Positions 29,190 to 39,512 of a stretch of DNA of 64,000 nt are shown here, one piece after another (the first letter of the stretch is position 1; the number at the start of each line of letters is the position of its first letter). Under the pieces are notes generated by a model. That model was not told the DNA's origin. It saw only the letters and a list, made by a program, of their open reading frames with translations, and searched no databases. Origin of the DNA: Nitrospirota bacterium (GTDB lineage Bacteria > Nitrospirota > Nitrospiria > Nitrospirales > Nitrospiraceae); assembly GCA_963701855.1 (NCBI GenBank), contig CAVPBK010000009.1, positions 352,001-416,000 on the forward strand, read 5' to 3'. The translations under genes were made by a program, and so were the position numbers.

Positions 29190-30536
29190 ATGATGCGCAC
29201 ACTCATCATCGACGACGAAGAATACGTTCGCTTGGTGTTGGAGCAGGCGCTCCGCGAGGAAGGCTGTGAGGTGACCGCCGTTACTCACGGGGCGGCGGGC
29301 ATCGAGGCCCTGCAGACCACATCGTTCGAATGCGTCATTACCGATCTCCGTATGCCGGGCCTCGACGGTCGAGCCGTCTTGAAGTGGGTCCGCGAGCATC
29401 AACCGGACGTGGACGTCCTGATGCTAACAGGCCATGGCGACGTCAAAGACGCGGTCGAGGCCATTAAGCAAGGCGCCTGGGACTTTCTGGTCAAGGATAC
29501 GCCTTTCGACGCCGCAGCAATCAAAGCCGCATTGGCCAGACTCACCACCGTGCGCGCCCTCCGCAAAGAGAACTTGGCGGCGCGGCATGGCGGCTTCACC
29601 CGCGATGTCATCATCGAAGGACCAAGTCAGGTTTGGCAAAAACTCAAGGCCCAGATCGCGCAGATCGCTCCCTCCAATGCGCCGGTCCTCATTCAGGGGA
29701 AAACCGGCTCGGGCAAAGAAATCGCAGCGCGGCTGCTTCATGACCTCAGCCGGCGATCCAGTGGACCATTTCTTGCCGTGAACTGCGGAGCCGTGAGCCG
29801 CGAACTCTTAGAGAGCGAACTCTTCGGCCATGAAAAGGGCGCGTTTACCGGCGCGACCGCCGCAAAGCCTGGACTCATCGCCGCCGCTGAAGGGGGCACG
29901 CTATTTCTGGATGAACTGGGCGAGATGTCGGGCCCGATGCAGGTGAGTCTGTTACGCTTCCTGGATCGAGGCGAATACCGCCCCGTCGGCAGCACGCGCA
30001 CGTTCCAGGCGAACGTCCGTGTTATCGGAGCCACGAATCAGGACATCCAAGAACTCGTGCACCAAGGTCGCTTCCGTGACGACCTGCTCTACCGAATCAA
30101 TACCGTCACCCTGCGCGTACCTCAGCTCCACGAGCGAAAAGAAGACCTTCCGAAACTTGCAGAACACATCCTCTCGACCCTGCGTCTCTCTGGAATTACG
30201 AAACGAACTATCTCACCTGAGGGCGTGCAGACGCTTAGCACCCACAGTTGGCCCGGCAACGTGCGTGAACTGCGGAATGTGCTTGAGGGAATTGTGCTGA
30301 TGAGCAATCGAACTGGCCCGATCGGTCCAGAAGAGGTTCTCGCGCTATTGCCGAAAACCCGGAGCTCGTCTCAGACGGGAGACCAGAGTCATCTTTCCCT
30401 GGAAGAGATTGAACGGCTGCATATCGAGCGCGTCCTCGATGCCAGCGGCGGCAACAAGACCCAGACGGCAAAAACGCTTGACATCGATTACAAAACACTC
30501 CTCACCAAACTGAAGAAATACGGACTCGCCACGTAA
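29190..30536 (+). CDS. NtrC-family sigma54 response regulator
   Basis: IIDDE, TDLRMP, GAFTGA, WPGNVREL, GNKTQTAKTL. Confidence 0.95.
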   Translation: MMRTLIIDDEEYVRLVLEQALREEGCEVTAVTHGAAGIEALQTTSFECVITDLRMPGLDGRAVLKWVREHQPDVDVLMLTGHGDVKDAVEAIKQGAWDFLVKDTPFDAAAIKAALARLTTVRALRKENLAARHGGFTRDVIIEGPSQVWQKLKAQIAQIAPSNAPVLIQGKTGSGKEIAARLLHDLSRRSSGPFLAVNCGAVSRELLESELFGHEKGAFTGATAAKPGLIAAAEGGTLFLDELGEMSGPMQVSLLRFLDRGEYRPVGSTRTFQANVRVIGATNQDIQELVHQGRFRDDLLYRINTVTLRVPQLHERKEDLPKLAEHILSTLRLSGITKRTISPEGVQTLSTHSWPGNVRELRNVLEGIVLMSNRTGPIGPEEVLALLPKTRSSSQTGDQSHLSLEEIERLHIERVLDASGGNKTQTAKTLDIDYKTLLTKLKKYGLAT

Positions 30537-30618
30537 CCTAAGCCGGCCTCGTTAAACGTAAAAAGTAAAACGTACAACGTTTCGGCTTTCGGAGGTTTGA
30601 TCTGTCTGCAAGGGTGCG

Positions 30619-30942
30619 TTATGCGGCAGTGCGCTTGCGGGTCGTCCGTCTTGACCGCGAAGCGAGACTAGACTTTCGCTCGCGAAGACGGCCGGTCGCG
30701 AACTTGTGCAGGACGCTCGCCATGAGGGTCTGATACGGTATACCTTCCTCACTCGCTCGCGCCTGGATATCCGCTAGATCGACCGTGGACATGCGGATGT
30801 TCACACGACGGTTTTTGGTCAAGGTGGCACGTGCGTATTCTCGGTAGCGGCGCAGTGATACTTCCGTGGTCACAACCGATTTGAGCATGCCGCGCTCGTA
30901 TGCGGAGAGAATCTGCTTCTCGTATCGGTCAAGTCTCTTCAT
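30619..30942 (-). CDS. Antitoxin (BrnA/CopG-like)
   Basis: LDRYEKQIL..KNRRVNIRMS..ASEEGIPYQTLMASVLHKF; overlaps the toxin stop. Confidence 0.85.
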   Translation of the reverse strand: MKRLDRYEKQILSAYERGMLKSVVTTEVSLRRYREYARATLTKNRRVNIRMSTVDLADIQARASEEGIPYQTLMASVLHKFATGRLRERKSSLASRSRRTTRKRTAA

Positions 30943-31220
30943 GGCTTATCCTTTCTGCCATAGTCCCGCGTGGCTTTCCGGCTTGGGATAATGGTCTTGA
31001 GAAACAGATAGTCGGCCTCTTCCACGTGAGGAACGAGATAGACATACTCCATAACCGCCACAACAAGCACTTTTTGGTTCGGATACTGCCTTGGATTCGG
31101 GTGCATGAGAACATCAAGGAGCCCGTCTGATTCGAGCGCCAGAACAACATCTTCAAACGAAATACCCCGTGACTGCTTCAGTTGTTCATTCTTCTTCTCG
31201 CTCCAACGATATGTTCTCAC
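30939..31220 (-). CDS. BrnT-like toxin
   Basis: WSEKKNEQLKQSRGISFEDV..HPN..YVYLVP..FLKTIIPSRKATR. Confidence 0.85.
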   Translation of the reverse strand: MRTYRWSEKKNEQLKQSRGISFEDVVLALESDGLLDVLMHPNPRQYPNQKVLVVAVMEYVYLVPHVEEADYLFLKTIIPSRKATRDYGRKDKP

Positions 31221-31484
31221 GTCGCTATGATAGCTCACAGGTGTGCCTTTTGTCATCACCTGATATGGTTACTGTTTCTGGCAACACGCACATCAAATAT
31301 ACACACGCATATCGTGAGGCGAGGAATTCAGCCGGTTGCTTTTCTTTGCTTGGTTGAATCAGACTATCCAGCTAAACCAGATAGACCGCAAACGACGAGG
31401 ACCGAACTCGGTGGGCAACTGGCTGGACTGAATCATGTTCACACCTAAACTGCTCCTGATACCGATGTCTACCCATGATGATAT

Positions 31485-32435
31485 TCATGGCAACATTCGA
31501 AGTACTTCGGCAAAACGGTCGGCGATTCGGCTCCAGCCTCGCGGAGTCGGATGCAGTTCATTCGCCCACCAGTCTTTATAGTCTCGGCCAGTTGAGAGCG
31601 AGTTCCTTAAATCGATATAGTGAACATGCCGGTATTGCGAAAGAGCGGCAACTCCCGCGAGCATTGTGTTGAAGCGCTCAATCAACTCGTGTGCAATCTG
31701 AATGCAAGAAGGCAGATCGCCGAAACCCTTTTCGCGGAATCCTGGTTCCAGCCAAGGCCCTGGCAAAGGCCCCCAACCACCCATAAAGCCTCGGCCATCC
31801 GGGACAGGGTAATCGTACCCATGAACAAGAATCGGCAGGGGTTGTCCCGTTAATTCCCTGCTTACCTCGGTAACGGCGGTCAAGACCGTTACATACGCAA
31901 TTTCGATGCGTGTATTAATGACGCCCACTACAATGTTGCTGTTTAAGCCTGCGATTGACGAACGGGCATGATTCAGCAACATGCCAAACTCGTTACCAGC
32001 AATATCATTGCCGCCGCCCGAGAGCAAAATGGCTTTAGGTTTCACACCCCGCCGAAGGAGCTTTTCAATCAAACGGGTAAGATCGTTTAGCTGGTTGTCA
32101 CCGTAGGCCATCTCCTCGATTGGGTCACCCTTATGCGCCACCGACTCGACATCATACCCATGATTATCTTCCAATTCTTTAAGGACGTCATGGAATGGGT
32201 AATCAAACCACGAGTCACCCTCCGAGACAAGGACGCCTGCCGTTTGCATGACCGTGGCCCTAGCGACCGGCATGCCCTTTCGAGGAATTGCCTGGATGCG
32301 TAGCGCGAGCGGCTTGGGGTGCGCTTTGAGAGCTTTGGCACGAGTCTTTGACGCGGCGGCACGGAGTTTCAAAATCTCGGCTGCATGCCGACGGCCGACA
32401 TGCATCGCTTCCAATATACGTTTGTCGTTGGCCAT
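31485..32435 (-). CDS. SGNH/GDSL hydrolase
   Basis: SEGDSWF, SGGGND, HGYDY, NELHP; basic N-terminal extension and no signal peptide. Confidence 0.85.
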   Translation of the reverse strand: MANDKRILEAMHVGRRHAAEILKLRAAASKTRAKALKAHPKPLALRIQAIPRKGMPVARATVMQTAGVLVSEGDSWFDYPFHDVLKELEDNHGYDVESVAHKGDPIEEMAYGDNQLNDLTRLIEKLLRRGVKPKAILLSGGGNDIAGNEFGMLLNHARSSIAGLNSNIVVGVINTRIEIAYVTVLTAVTEVSRELTGQPLPILVHGYDYPVPDGRGFMGGWGPLPGPWLEPGFREKGFGDLPSCIQIAHELIERFNTMLAGVAALSQYRHVHYIDLRNSLSTGRDYKDWWANELHPTPRGWSRIADRFAEVLRMLP

Positions 32436-32467
32436 TAGATCTCTCCGGTCAAATCGTTTCAGAACTA

Positions 32468-33310
32468 TTAGGACCGACGGCGTGATTTCTTTCTTTTAGA
32501 TGAGGACTTCTTCGTGGGTTTTGCAGCATGCGAGCCATGAGGTTTGGGATAGATCTTGCCCACGAATGCATAATCTGATTTATCAATGTCTAATCCTCCA
32601 ATAATCGGCTTGCCGTCCTTCGTAATGATCCCAGGAATCTGATAACACATGATCGACTTAGGATCAGCATGCGCTGTGCCCAGAAGCGAGGACTCCTCTA
32701 ATGGTGTCAAGACCTGTTGTTCAACCTCTTGCCGAGACCAGCCTTGCGTGTTTCTAAAATACTTAATCGCCTTCTCCGGATCAATTTTTGCCACCAATTC
32801 TCGCCGCATATGCTCGTGCGGAAAGCCCATTGTATGACCAGTCTCATGGCGGACCACACGGTGATATTCCGATTCAGGCGTATTCATGGTGAATGATTCC
32901 AGATTCATTGTGGGGGCACCGGCCTGGATACTGAGGATATCCGTGCCCAGATAGGACCAATAACCGTCCCCTACCGTACGGGCAATGCGCACTTCCGGGT
33001 CGGTTTTGGCCTCCACGAATCTGACGTTAGCTGTTTTATTCCATGCATTCATATGCGACAAGATCCGAGTTCGAAGCGCCTTCGGTGGATTATCAAGAAA
33101 TCCGACCGTTAGTCGTACGCCCCCTGCGTGCCAGTACTTCGTCGTCAGCACGGCAATATGCAGGGGGTGGGGATTAAATCCCGTGATAGCCCGCATCAGC
33201 CGCTCGATCGGGGGATGATTCACAGGATTGATCTCCGACGCCATGCGGGCTGCTGATACCCATTGACCGCGCGGCAGCACTTTCGGCATACAGACAATCG
33301 GTTCGCTCAT
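32468..33310 (-). CDS. M12/astacin-like metzincin peptidase
   Basis: HETGHTMGFPHEH zinc motif, SIMCY Met-turn, YWSYLGTD. Confidence 0.88.
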   Translation of the reverse strand: MSEPIVCMPKVLPRGQWVSAARMASEINPVNHPPIERLMRAITGFNPHPLHIAVLTTKYWHAGGVRLTVGFLDNPPKALRTRILSHMNAWNKTANVRFVEAKTDPEVRIARTVGDGYWSYLGTDILSIQAGAPTMNLESFTMNTPESEYHRVVRHETGHTMGFPHEHMRRELVAKIDPEKAIKYFRNTQGWSRQEVEQQVLTPLEESSLLGTAHADPKSIMCYQIPGIITKDGKPIIGGLDIDKSDYAFVGKIYPKPHGSHAAKPTKKSSSKRKKSRRRS

Positions 33311-33358
33311 AAATGACCTCCCTAAATTGAATGGCATGGGTGAATGAACAACTAGATG

Positions 33359-34141
33359 CTACCGATATGTGCGTAACCTTTGTGTCCTTTTGTTACCCAA
33401 CGTCGATGCGAGCTTGTATCGGACGGATCGGCGGGTTCCTCTCGCCAGATTTTTAATGGCCATGCGTTTCTTCGCGAGATCATCGGGCATAAAGGTGTCA
33501 GTCTTGTTCCGGGCTGGGTCAAAGAATCCGATATAGCCACCCGGATTAACCGAGAAGGACCGCAAGGTCTTCCCGTTGTGAATCCGTGCAAGAAAATCGT
33601 TTCGTCCGCCCAACTCATCCTCTCCGGTGAAGTAAAGAGGCAATACGAAATTGGACACCTCCACGCCATCGATGAGATAGGTTTCCGCCTGCACGGCATC
33701 GCACATTTCGAACCAGTGAAAGACAGTTTTCTTGGGATTTCTCGGATGGGGCCCTGAGACAAGGAGATTGGCCTGAGCATCTCCAACCAGCTCCAGCGCC
33801 TCATGCGACAACGTGACTGTCCAGGCCTCACCGAGCTCCTTCGCAATCTCCGTGAACACAAATCCATAGGGAATGCCACGGTTGTTTCTGTCGTGATAGC
33901 CAAGTGCATCTTTGACTTCGTCGACTTCGTTCCACAAATAAATGACGGCATCCCCCCGTAAATCCTCGAGGTGTTGCGCTTGCGGCTTCTTCCCGCTTCG
34001 CCCCTCCAGCCGAAGGCTCGCGCCGAATGACCAATAGGGCTCGAAATCCTGCTTGATCTGGCGATTGATCGCACGAATCGCCTGCAGGATTTCCTCGTCG
34101 CTCAGTGCCCCATGTGTATGGTTGATGATCGATATCACCAT
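33359..34141 (-). CDS. Putative zinc metallopeptidase-like protein
   Basis: ALGYHD, TLSHEALELVGD, EMCDAVQ, VSNFVLP; GGAGG SD. Confidence 0.65.
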   Translation of the reverse strand: MVISIINHTHGALSDEEILQAIRAINRQIKQDFEPYWSFGASLRLEGRSGKKPQAQHLEDLRGDAVIYLWNEVDEVKDALGYHDRNNRGIPYGFVFTEIAKELGEAWTVTLSHEALELVGDAQANLLVSGPHPRNPKKTVFHWFEMCDAVQAETYLIDGVEVSNFVLPLYFTGEDELGGRNDFLARIHNGKTLRSFSVNPGGYIGFFDPARNKTDTFMPDDLAKKRMAIKNLARGTRRSVRYKLASTLGNKRTQRLRTYR

Positions 34142-34565
34142 GGTATTCACCTCCATTTCACCAAACAACAAGCACAAGATATGCCAGCTATGTAAGAAGC
34201 CAGCACGCAAATATTCACTGAGGTTTGAGCGTCTATATCGTGGCAGATTAACCCTGGATGAATCTTTTCTGATTCGTGCCCGTGCTCAAACAGATTCATT
34301 GGCAAGAATTCTGGGTTTGAATGGAGACGAACCGCAGGCAAGTCTCCCGGCACAACATAAGGTGGACGTGGAAAGGGGCAGGTCTTGCAACTATTCACAC
34401 CTAACGGGGAAGTCTTCCATTTGGGAGAGAATAAGGATGAGAGACGACATCGGACAGGTGGGCGATCAGCGAGGCTGAGGAGACTGTTCAGACTGAATTG
34501 GTCCTGGCATCTTCCTATTCTGGTTACACCCATTTGGGCGATGCACATCACAAAATTCTTGTCGC

Positions 34566-35339
34566 TTAGTGGGTCCAGATCTTTACAGGAGTCGATTCGA
34601 ACGGATACACATGAATCATCCATCCACCGGCTTGCGGAACAAATCGTCCGCCTGCTTGCCGGCACTCTGACTCCGTGGCAATCGTCCCCTTGCCTCCGAG
34701 TTGTTTCCGGGTCATACGGCGTCTACTGCCGTCCGGCTGGAAACAGAGATTGACGTGGGCATGCCACTGCGCGACGCTCAACGGAATGCGCTCGTTCAAC
34801 TGGTCCTCGCTCATATCTCTCGGCGCGGTATACATCGCCCCTTCGAGTTCATAACCATCCCCAGCCTTCTTATATAACAGTGCGGTCGGTTCGGCCGGAT
34901 CAAAGCGAACCTTGGCCATAAGGCGACGCTGCTTATTGGCGAAATGATAATGTTTGGGCGTTCGCTCGGGGTGAAGCGAAACATAGCCATCGCCCATAGC
35001 CACCCGATAATCCTTGTACTTGGCAAGGGCCTGTCGCAGAGTCTGCACGATCTGATCGGCACGCCCGGCATCGTCTGCGTTCGCCGGCCGCAACTCCGTC
35101 CATCTCATGTGGGGCCCGAGATGTTTCTGATGCGGAACCATCATATCGACAGTCCCCTCCCCGTGATCATGACGATCCATATCCATGCTCTGGGTAGCAG
35201 ACTCTCCCTGCGCTGACTCACCCGCCTGAGCCGAACGAGCACCATCCATGAGAAACAACAAGATCCCTGAGAAGGCAACCACAAGGCCCAGGGAAAACCT
35301 GAGCCAGCGCATTGATGTTCGAATATCTTGACCGGCCAT
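34566..35339 (-). CDS. Exported His/Met-rich hypothetical protein
   Basis: Signal/TM segment; HYHF, DPAEPTALLY, GAMYT, WHAHVNLC, GWMIHVYP. Confidence 0.7.
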   Translation of the reverse strand: MAGQDIRTSMRWLRFSLGLVVAFSGILLFLMDGARSAQAGESAQGESATQSMDMDRHDHGEGTVDMMVPHQKHLGPHMRWTELRPANADDAGRADQIVQTLRQALAKYKDYRVAMGDGYVSLHPERTPKHYHFANKQRRLMAKVRFDPAEPTALLYKKAGDGYELEGAMYTAPRDMSEDQLNERIPLSVAQWHAHVNLCFQPDGSRRRMTRKQLGGKGTIATESECRQAGGRFVPQAGGWMIHVYPFESTPVKIWTH

Positions 35340-35531
35340 GGTTGCCCTCCATTGGAACCAGAAGATCACATGCCCACCATGGCAAACATCTTATCCCGCA
35401 TATTGCCTTAACACCAGACATGCAGCGTAGACAGCCTTTACAAAACTCAAGCTCTCTACGTGAACCGTGAGGAGTTCTAAGAGACGAGCGACGAGATGTC
35501 AGAAACAAATTGAGAGGCAGGCAGCGACTAT

Positions 35532-37058
35532 TCAGACTGAAATGGCTCCTATTACTTTTCCACCTCTCGCATCACCTCCGGTCACTGTCGAAATTCCAAG
35601 ACTCTTCAATATTTGAATTAACTCCGAGTCGAGCTCCGTCAAGCAAGCAATGCAGAGCATCTCTCGTGGCCGAGTAAACGCCACATATCCAAGTCTGCAT
35701 TTGTCTTGTTTGTCGGCAACGCGAAGTAACGGTTCAGTCTGCAGCCATTTCCTTAACTCCGTGAGGCTTTTCGCAACTACAAGTGCCGCGTCTGCTTGCA
35801 GCCCTTTAGCCTTGCGAATCGAAGAATAGCATTCAGCCGCCTGTGACAAATTCCCTCCACCGAATTCAATGCTGAGACGACATAAGCGGTCTTCGATCAG
35901 GTCAATGCGTGAGTTCGACACTTTGTGGCCAAAGGCATCGAAGACAAGCACCTTAAGTTGTTCAATTCCGTACTGCCCTGCACGAAGCTCTCTGAGTAGC
36001 CGAACGCCAACGGTTCGCAATTGAAGCCGTGTCAACCCCAACTCCTCGCAAATTCTCCTTTGACTGCGATCGAGCGCAAGAGACAAAAGGTCAAGTGCAT
36101 CTCCAAGAAGGGTATTGGTCTTTCGTCCGTCATTCGAGATTGGACTTAATTTGAACTGCTCACGAACAGAGTCGAATGTCGCGTTCTCCTCCGAGAGATA
36201 TAGCCGTGTCCGTTGCTCTTCTTCAATTTCAACATTCTCACTCAACGCCTGATAACGTCGAACGATTTCTTCAAGAGCAGTGGCGGGAATGAAAAGAACT
36301 CTGGGTTCTCCACGATAAGGCTTGACCGGTATTTGCTGTACATCTACGCGAAACTGATTCACAAACGTGACGATTTCTCCATTTGACCGGTGGTTCTCGA
36401 TGATTTGTTGCACTTCGGCCTGCTTTTTGAATCGGAAGAATGGAATTTTGTCGAACGACGGTGGCTTCTTACCCCGATACCCAAAACTCATCACATACTG
36501 CTCAGAATCGCCGACAACATATAGTCTGGTTTTCTCGGCCTTGTGGAAATGTTCAAAAACCTCAAACATTCCAATATCCGTATCTTGAAATTCATCGACA
36601 AAAAGGTACGCAATCCGTCCGCAGATAAGATCTCGCATGCCTGGTGTCTCCAGAACCTGACGAGCTTTCGGGATCATCGAGGAATAGGGAACAATCCCCT
36701 TTTTGATCAGATTCTTCTCGTAAGCAGCGGCCCCTGCTGGTCCTACTTTGTCGTATGGATCAATCGCCACATATATTCGATCTTCAGGAAGTAACTTCAG
36801 AAGTTCCGCGCACGGCATCAGAAGAAATCGATTCACAAAAGAATGGATAGTTCCAACAAAAATATTGCTCGGAACCCTGGGAACTCTTTCAACAAGACGA
36901 TCATGAATAGTGTTCGCAGCCGCGTTAGTGTATGTAACGGCTGCAAGACATCGATGTGGCGGAAGGATTGGAATCGCGGCCACAATTTCGTCGACCATCG
37001 CATGCGTTTTCCCAGCACCAGGACCCGCCTCAGCAAACTTGGGTTTCGGCAACTTCAT
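35532..37058 (-). CDS. UvrD-like SF1 helicase (GajB-like)
   Basis: AGPGAGKT, TYTNAAA, GTIHSF, VDEFQD, VGDSEQ, NHRS, KAKGLQ, YVAFTR. Confidence 0.88.
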   Translation of the reverse strand: MKLPKPKFAEAGPGAGKTHAMVDEIVAAIPILPPHRCLAAVTYTNAAANTIHDRLVERVPRVPSNIFVGTIHSFVNRFLLMPCAELLKLLPEDRIYVAIDPYDKVGPAGAAAYEKNLIKKGIVPYSSMIPKARQVLETPGMRDLICGRIAYLFVDEFQDTDIGMFEVFEHFHKAEKTRLYVVGDSEQYVMSFGYRGKKPPSFDKIPFFRFKKQAEVQQIIENHRSNGEIVTFVNQFRVDVQQIPVKPYRGEPRVLFIPATALEEIVRRYQALSENVEIEEEQRTRLYLSEENATFDSVREQFKLSPISNDGRKTNTLLGDALDLLSLALDRSQRRICEELGLTRLQLRTVGVRLLRELRAGQYGIEQLKVLVFDAFGHKVSNSRIDLIEDRLCRLSIEFGGGNLSQAAECYSSIRKAKGLQADAALVVAKSLTELRKWLQTEPLLRVADKQDKCRLGYVAFTRPREMLCIACLTELDSELIQILKSLGISTVTGGDARGGKVIGAISV

Positions 37059-37062
37059 TGCC

Positions 37063-38991
37063 CTAGTTTCCCTTTATGAAGTCAAACGCCTGAGAAATAT
37101 ATTTGGGAATTGTCAATTTCTTGGGTGGGCGACTGTCCTTCTCTGCAACCTTCTCATCTTCTGCTAGAACGGAGATCAGATTAAAAGCAAACTCGGCCTT
37201 ATGGCTTTCGATTTCGGCGAAGAAAGCATCTACGTTAATGTCATTTGTTCCAGTCTCAGCTCGGAGTTTTGGGCCGTTGCTTGGCTTCGTCATGGTGAGC
37301 GCCAAGAACAGAAGTTCCTTCCCATCACCAACCTTATTCGATGAGACGAGCTCCTTCTCAAATGTACTCTCGGTCGTGACCTGAATTTTGATGTGTGGAG
37401 TATCGTTGAAGTCCGCCTGCAGTGATGCGGCTCGGTTTTCGACTTTTGTCCCTGAGTCACTATCTGTGAGCACCACGCACTTCTTGAAGAAACCATTTTT
37501 CACGATCGTCAGAAAATGTCTAAACGCAATGCCATTCACATTAATAATAGTGCACCCGATACTTTCGAGTGACCTATCTGCATTTTGCTCAAAAAGTTTG
37601 GGGATGACAATTTGCTCTGCAATACCCTCAACGAGAATGAGCCGTCGCGCGAAAAACATTCGAGATTTCGTCGCATCGAGATAAAGACTCAAAAAACGAA
37701 CAGCCGCATCATCTTTTTTAGGGTCGATGTCTTTGAGGACATAGTGTGCGGCAATGGAATCGTCTAAATCTCGCCGAAATAGTACTACCGTATTTGGGAG
37801 AGAAAGCTTCGCCGCCACATGAGTGGAATGCGAGGTCAGAATCAACTGAAGCGACTCGGATTGCCCCTTCCTTATGTCCTCGATGTTTCTGGCTAGGTGG
37901 TCCTGAAGATGCGGATGCAAATGGGCTTCAGGCTCCTCGATTCCAACCAGGCGAAAACAGACAAAGGTATCATCTCCTGCTGAACTATCGGGAGTTTTAG
38001 CCAATTGCGATAGCACAAGTGCCACATAGAGAAGGTTATTCCTACCAAGGCCATTGCGAGCAACCGTAATGGGGTTTGCGCCATAGGTCATCCCGATCTT
38101 CTTTAAGAACTCGGCTGCATCGGGAGCGACAAATTGAAGTCCAACGGAGTGGTTCTCACCTGGAGTATCAAGCGACACACGTACAAGTAATTGCTGAACA
38201 TCAGTCTTGATCGCAACGAGTGAGGGGTCATTATCGATTGCGTTCTTCAGATCGCCAATCAGTCTCTTGATATCTGTGTATCGAGAATCGCTACTCTGCC
38301 GAAGAACGCGAAACAGTAGACGTTGCTCGCCGCCAGCGACCAGTTCTCGCTCTGCGTCACGAAGCGCATCGAGAATCTCAACACGAAGCATTCTTAGCAG
38401 CCAGGATTCGCATTCATTCGAAGGACGTCCGCCTCCGTAGATCGTGTAGCGGTATTCAGCAATCGGGAATTCAACATAGCCACTATATTCCGGCTCCTCC
38501 GAACCAACACCGGGATCTGGATTCGCCTTCTTGTCCTGTGCTTTTCGGTGAGCAATTGCCTCTCGTTGCTCCTTAACCCATCTGTCACACTTGAAGTTCC
38601 CTCTCACTGCGAACCGATATGTCACACATGCCTCGGTCAAATCTGGCTTGCTATACCAGTCACCAACGACAGCGTGCTGGTCATCTTGAATCTTGCTCAG
38701 GGTTGCATGGATCTCTACTTCCGGAAACACAACCTTATCAACGTCAATGGATTGATCGGCGACTTGTTTCTTGAAAGCGATAACAGTCAGGTAATTAATA
38801 TCGTCAATTTCAAGATTCCGATGTTGAATGACAGAGATCTCCTGGCTGAAGAGTAGGGAAATTGCAGCCAGAAGATTCGTCTTGCCGATGTTGTTCTCAC
38901 CTAATATGAGCGTGAACGGTCGCAGATCCATCACAAATGGTGGGTCGCCAAAGTTCCTAAAGTTCTTGATTCTGAGATTGCTCACATACAT
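37063..38991 (-). CDS. OLD-family ABC-ATPase/TOPRIM endonuclease (GajA-like)
   Basis: IKNFRNF, GENNIGKTN, IEEPEAHLHP, LTSHSTH, ILVEGIAE, LTDSD, TFEKEL. Confidence 0.9.
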   Translation of the reverse strand: MYVSNLRIKNFRNFGDPPFVMDLRPFTLILGENNIGKTNLLAAISLLFSQEISVIQHRNLEIDDINYLTVIAFKKQVADQSIDVDKVVFPEVEIHATLSKIQDDQHAVVGDWYSKPDLTEACVTYRFAVRGNFKCDRWVKEQREAIAHRKAQDKKANPDPGVGSEEPEYSGYVEFPIAEYRYTIYGGGRPSNECESWLLRMLRVEILDALRDAERELVAGGEQRLLFRVLRQSSDSRYTDIKRLIGDLKNAIDNDPSLVAIKTDVQQLLVRVSLDTPGENHSVGLQFVAPDAAEFLKKIGMTYGANPITVARNGLGRNNLLYVALVLSQLAKTPDSSAGDDTFVCFRLVGIEEPEAHLHPHLQDHLARNIEDIRKGQSESLQLILTSHSTHVAAKLSLPNTVVLFRRDLDDSIAAHYVLKDIDPKKDDAAVRFLSLYLDATKSRMFFARRLILVEGIAEQIVIPKLFEQNADRSLESIGCTIINVNGIAFRHFLTIVKNGFFKKCVVLTDSDSGTKVENRAASLQADFNDTPHIKIQVTTESTFEKELVSSNKVGDGKELLFLALTMTKPSNGPKLRAETGTNDINVDAFFAEIESHKAEFAFNLISVLAEDEKVAEKDSRPPKKLTIPKYISQAFDFIKGN

Positions 38992-39172
38992 GAATCTATT
39001 CCTGCTTCTTCACTATGTCATCTGCGGCGGACTGCTTCCGCTCTACCTAGTCGTCAGGGCAGCTCTGTCTTTTGGAGTGAAAAACAGGCATAAGCTACTT
39101 TTAGCCGAGTACTGTGTCAACACAAGGGGGGCCTAGTTCGCGGAAAAAGTACCCGCCTAGACCGACTTACAA

Positions 39173-39336
39173 ATGTTCCCTCCAAGCTCGCTCGTTTCTC
39201 CCCTCCCCTCTAGGGCGAGCAGTCCGATTTTCAAAGGGAGGGTGGCCTGAATCGGTCTCCCACTGCGCGCGTCCAACGAGGCCCTTCCGAGGGCGCGCGT
39301 TGCGCGAGCACAGGAGACCGATCAGGCCGCCCTCCC
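39173..39336 (+). repeat. Structured palindromic repeat element, intergenic copy A
   Basis: Long IR GGGAGGGTGGCCTGA.TCGGTCTCC / GGAGACCGATCAGGCCGCCCTCCC enclosing a 50-nt core (39261-39310) that is 45/50 identical to 39722-39771. Confidence 0.85.
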
Positions 39337-39480
39337 AGTCCCTCTGGAATTTTTCCCTTCCACTCTGGAATTTCTCCCCAACTCCCTCTCCCATTCCCCC
39401 TCATCAGTCACATCTATATATTCATCGTAACTAACTGACTTTATTAACTATTCAATCGTTCTTCTCTTCATCTTCGAGCC

Positions 39481-39496
39481 CGGCACATTCCCTGCT
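39481..39496 (+). promoter_or_regulatory. Probable sigma54 promoter
   Basis: CGGCACATTCCCTGCT (GG-N10-GC) just upstream of the regulator-RND operon. Confidence 0.55.
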
Positions 39497-39512
39497 GATA
39501 TCCCCCTATATA

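Noticed and set aside
39114..39434. ORFs across the repeat element
   Set aside because: Explained by the palindromic repeat and pyrimidine-rich intergenic DNA.
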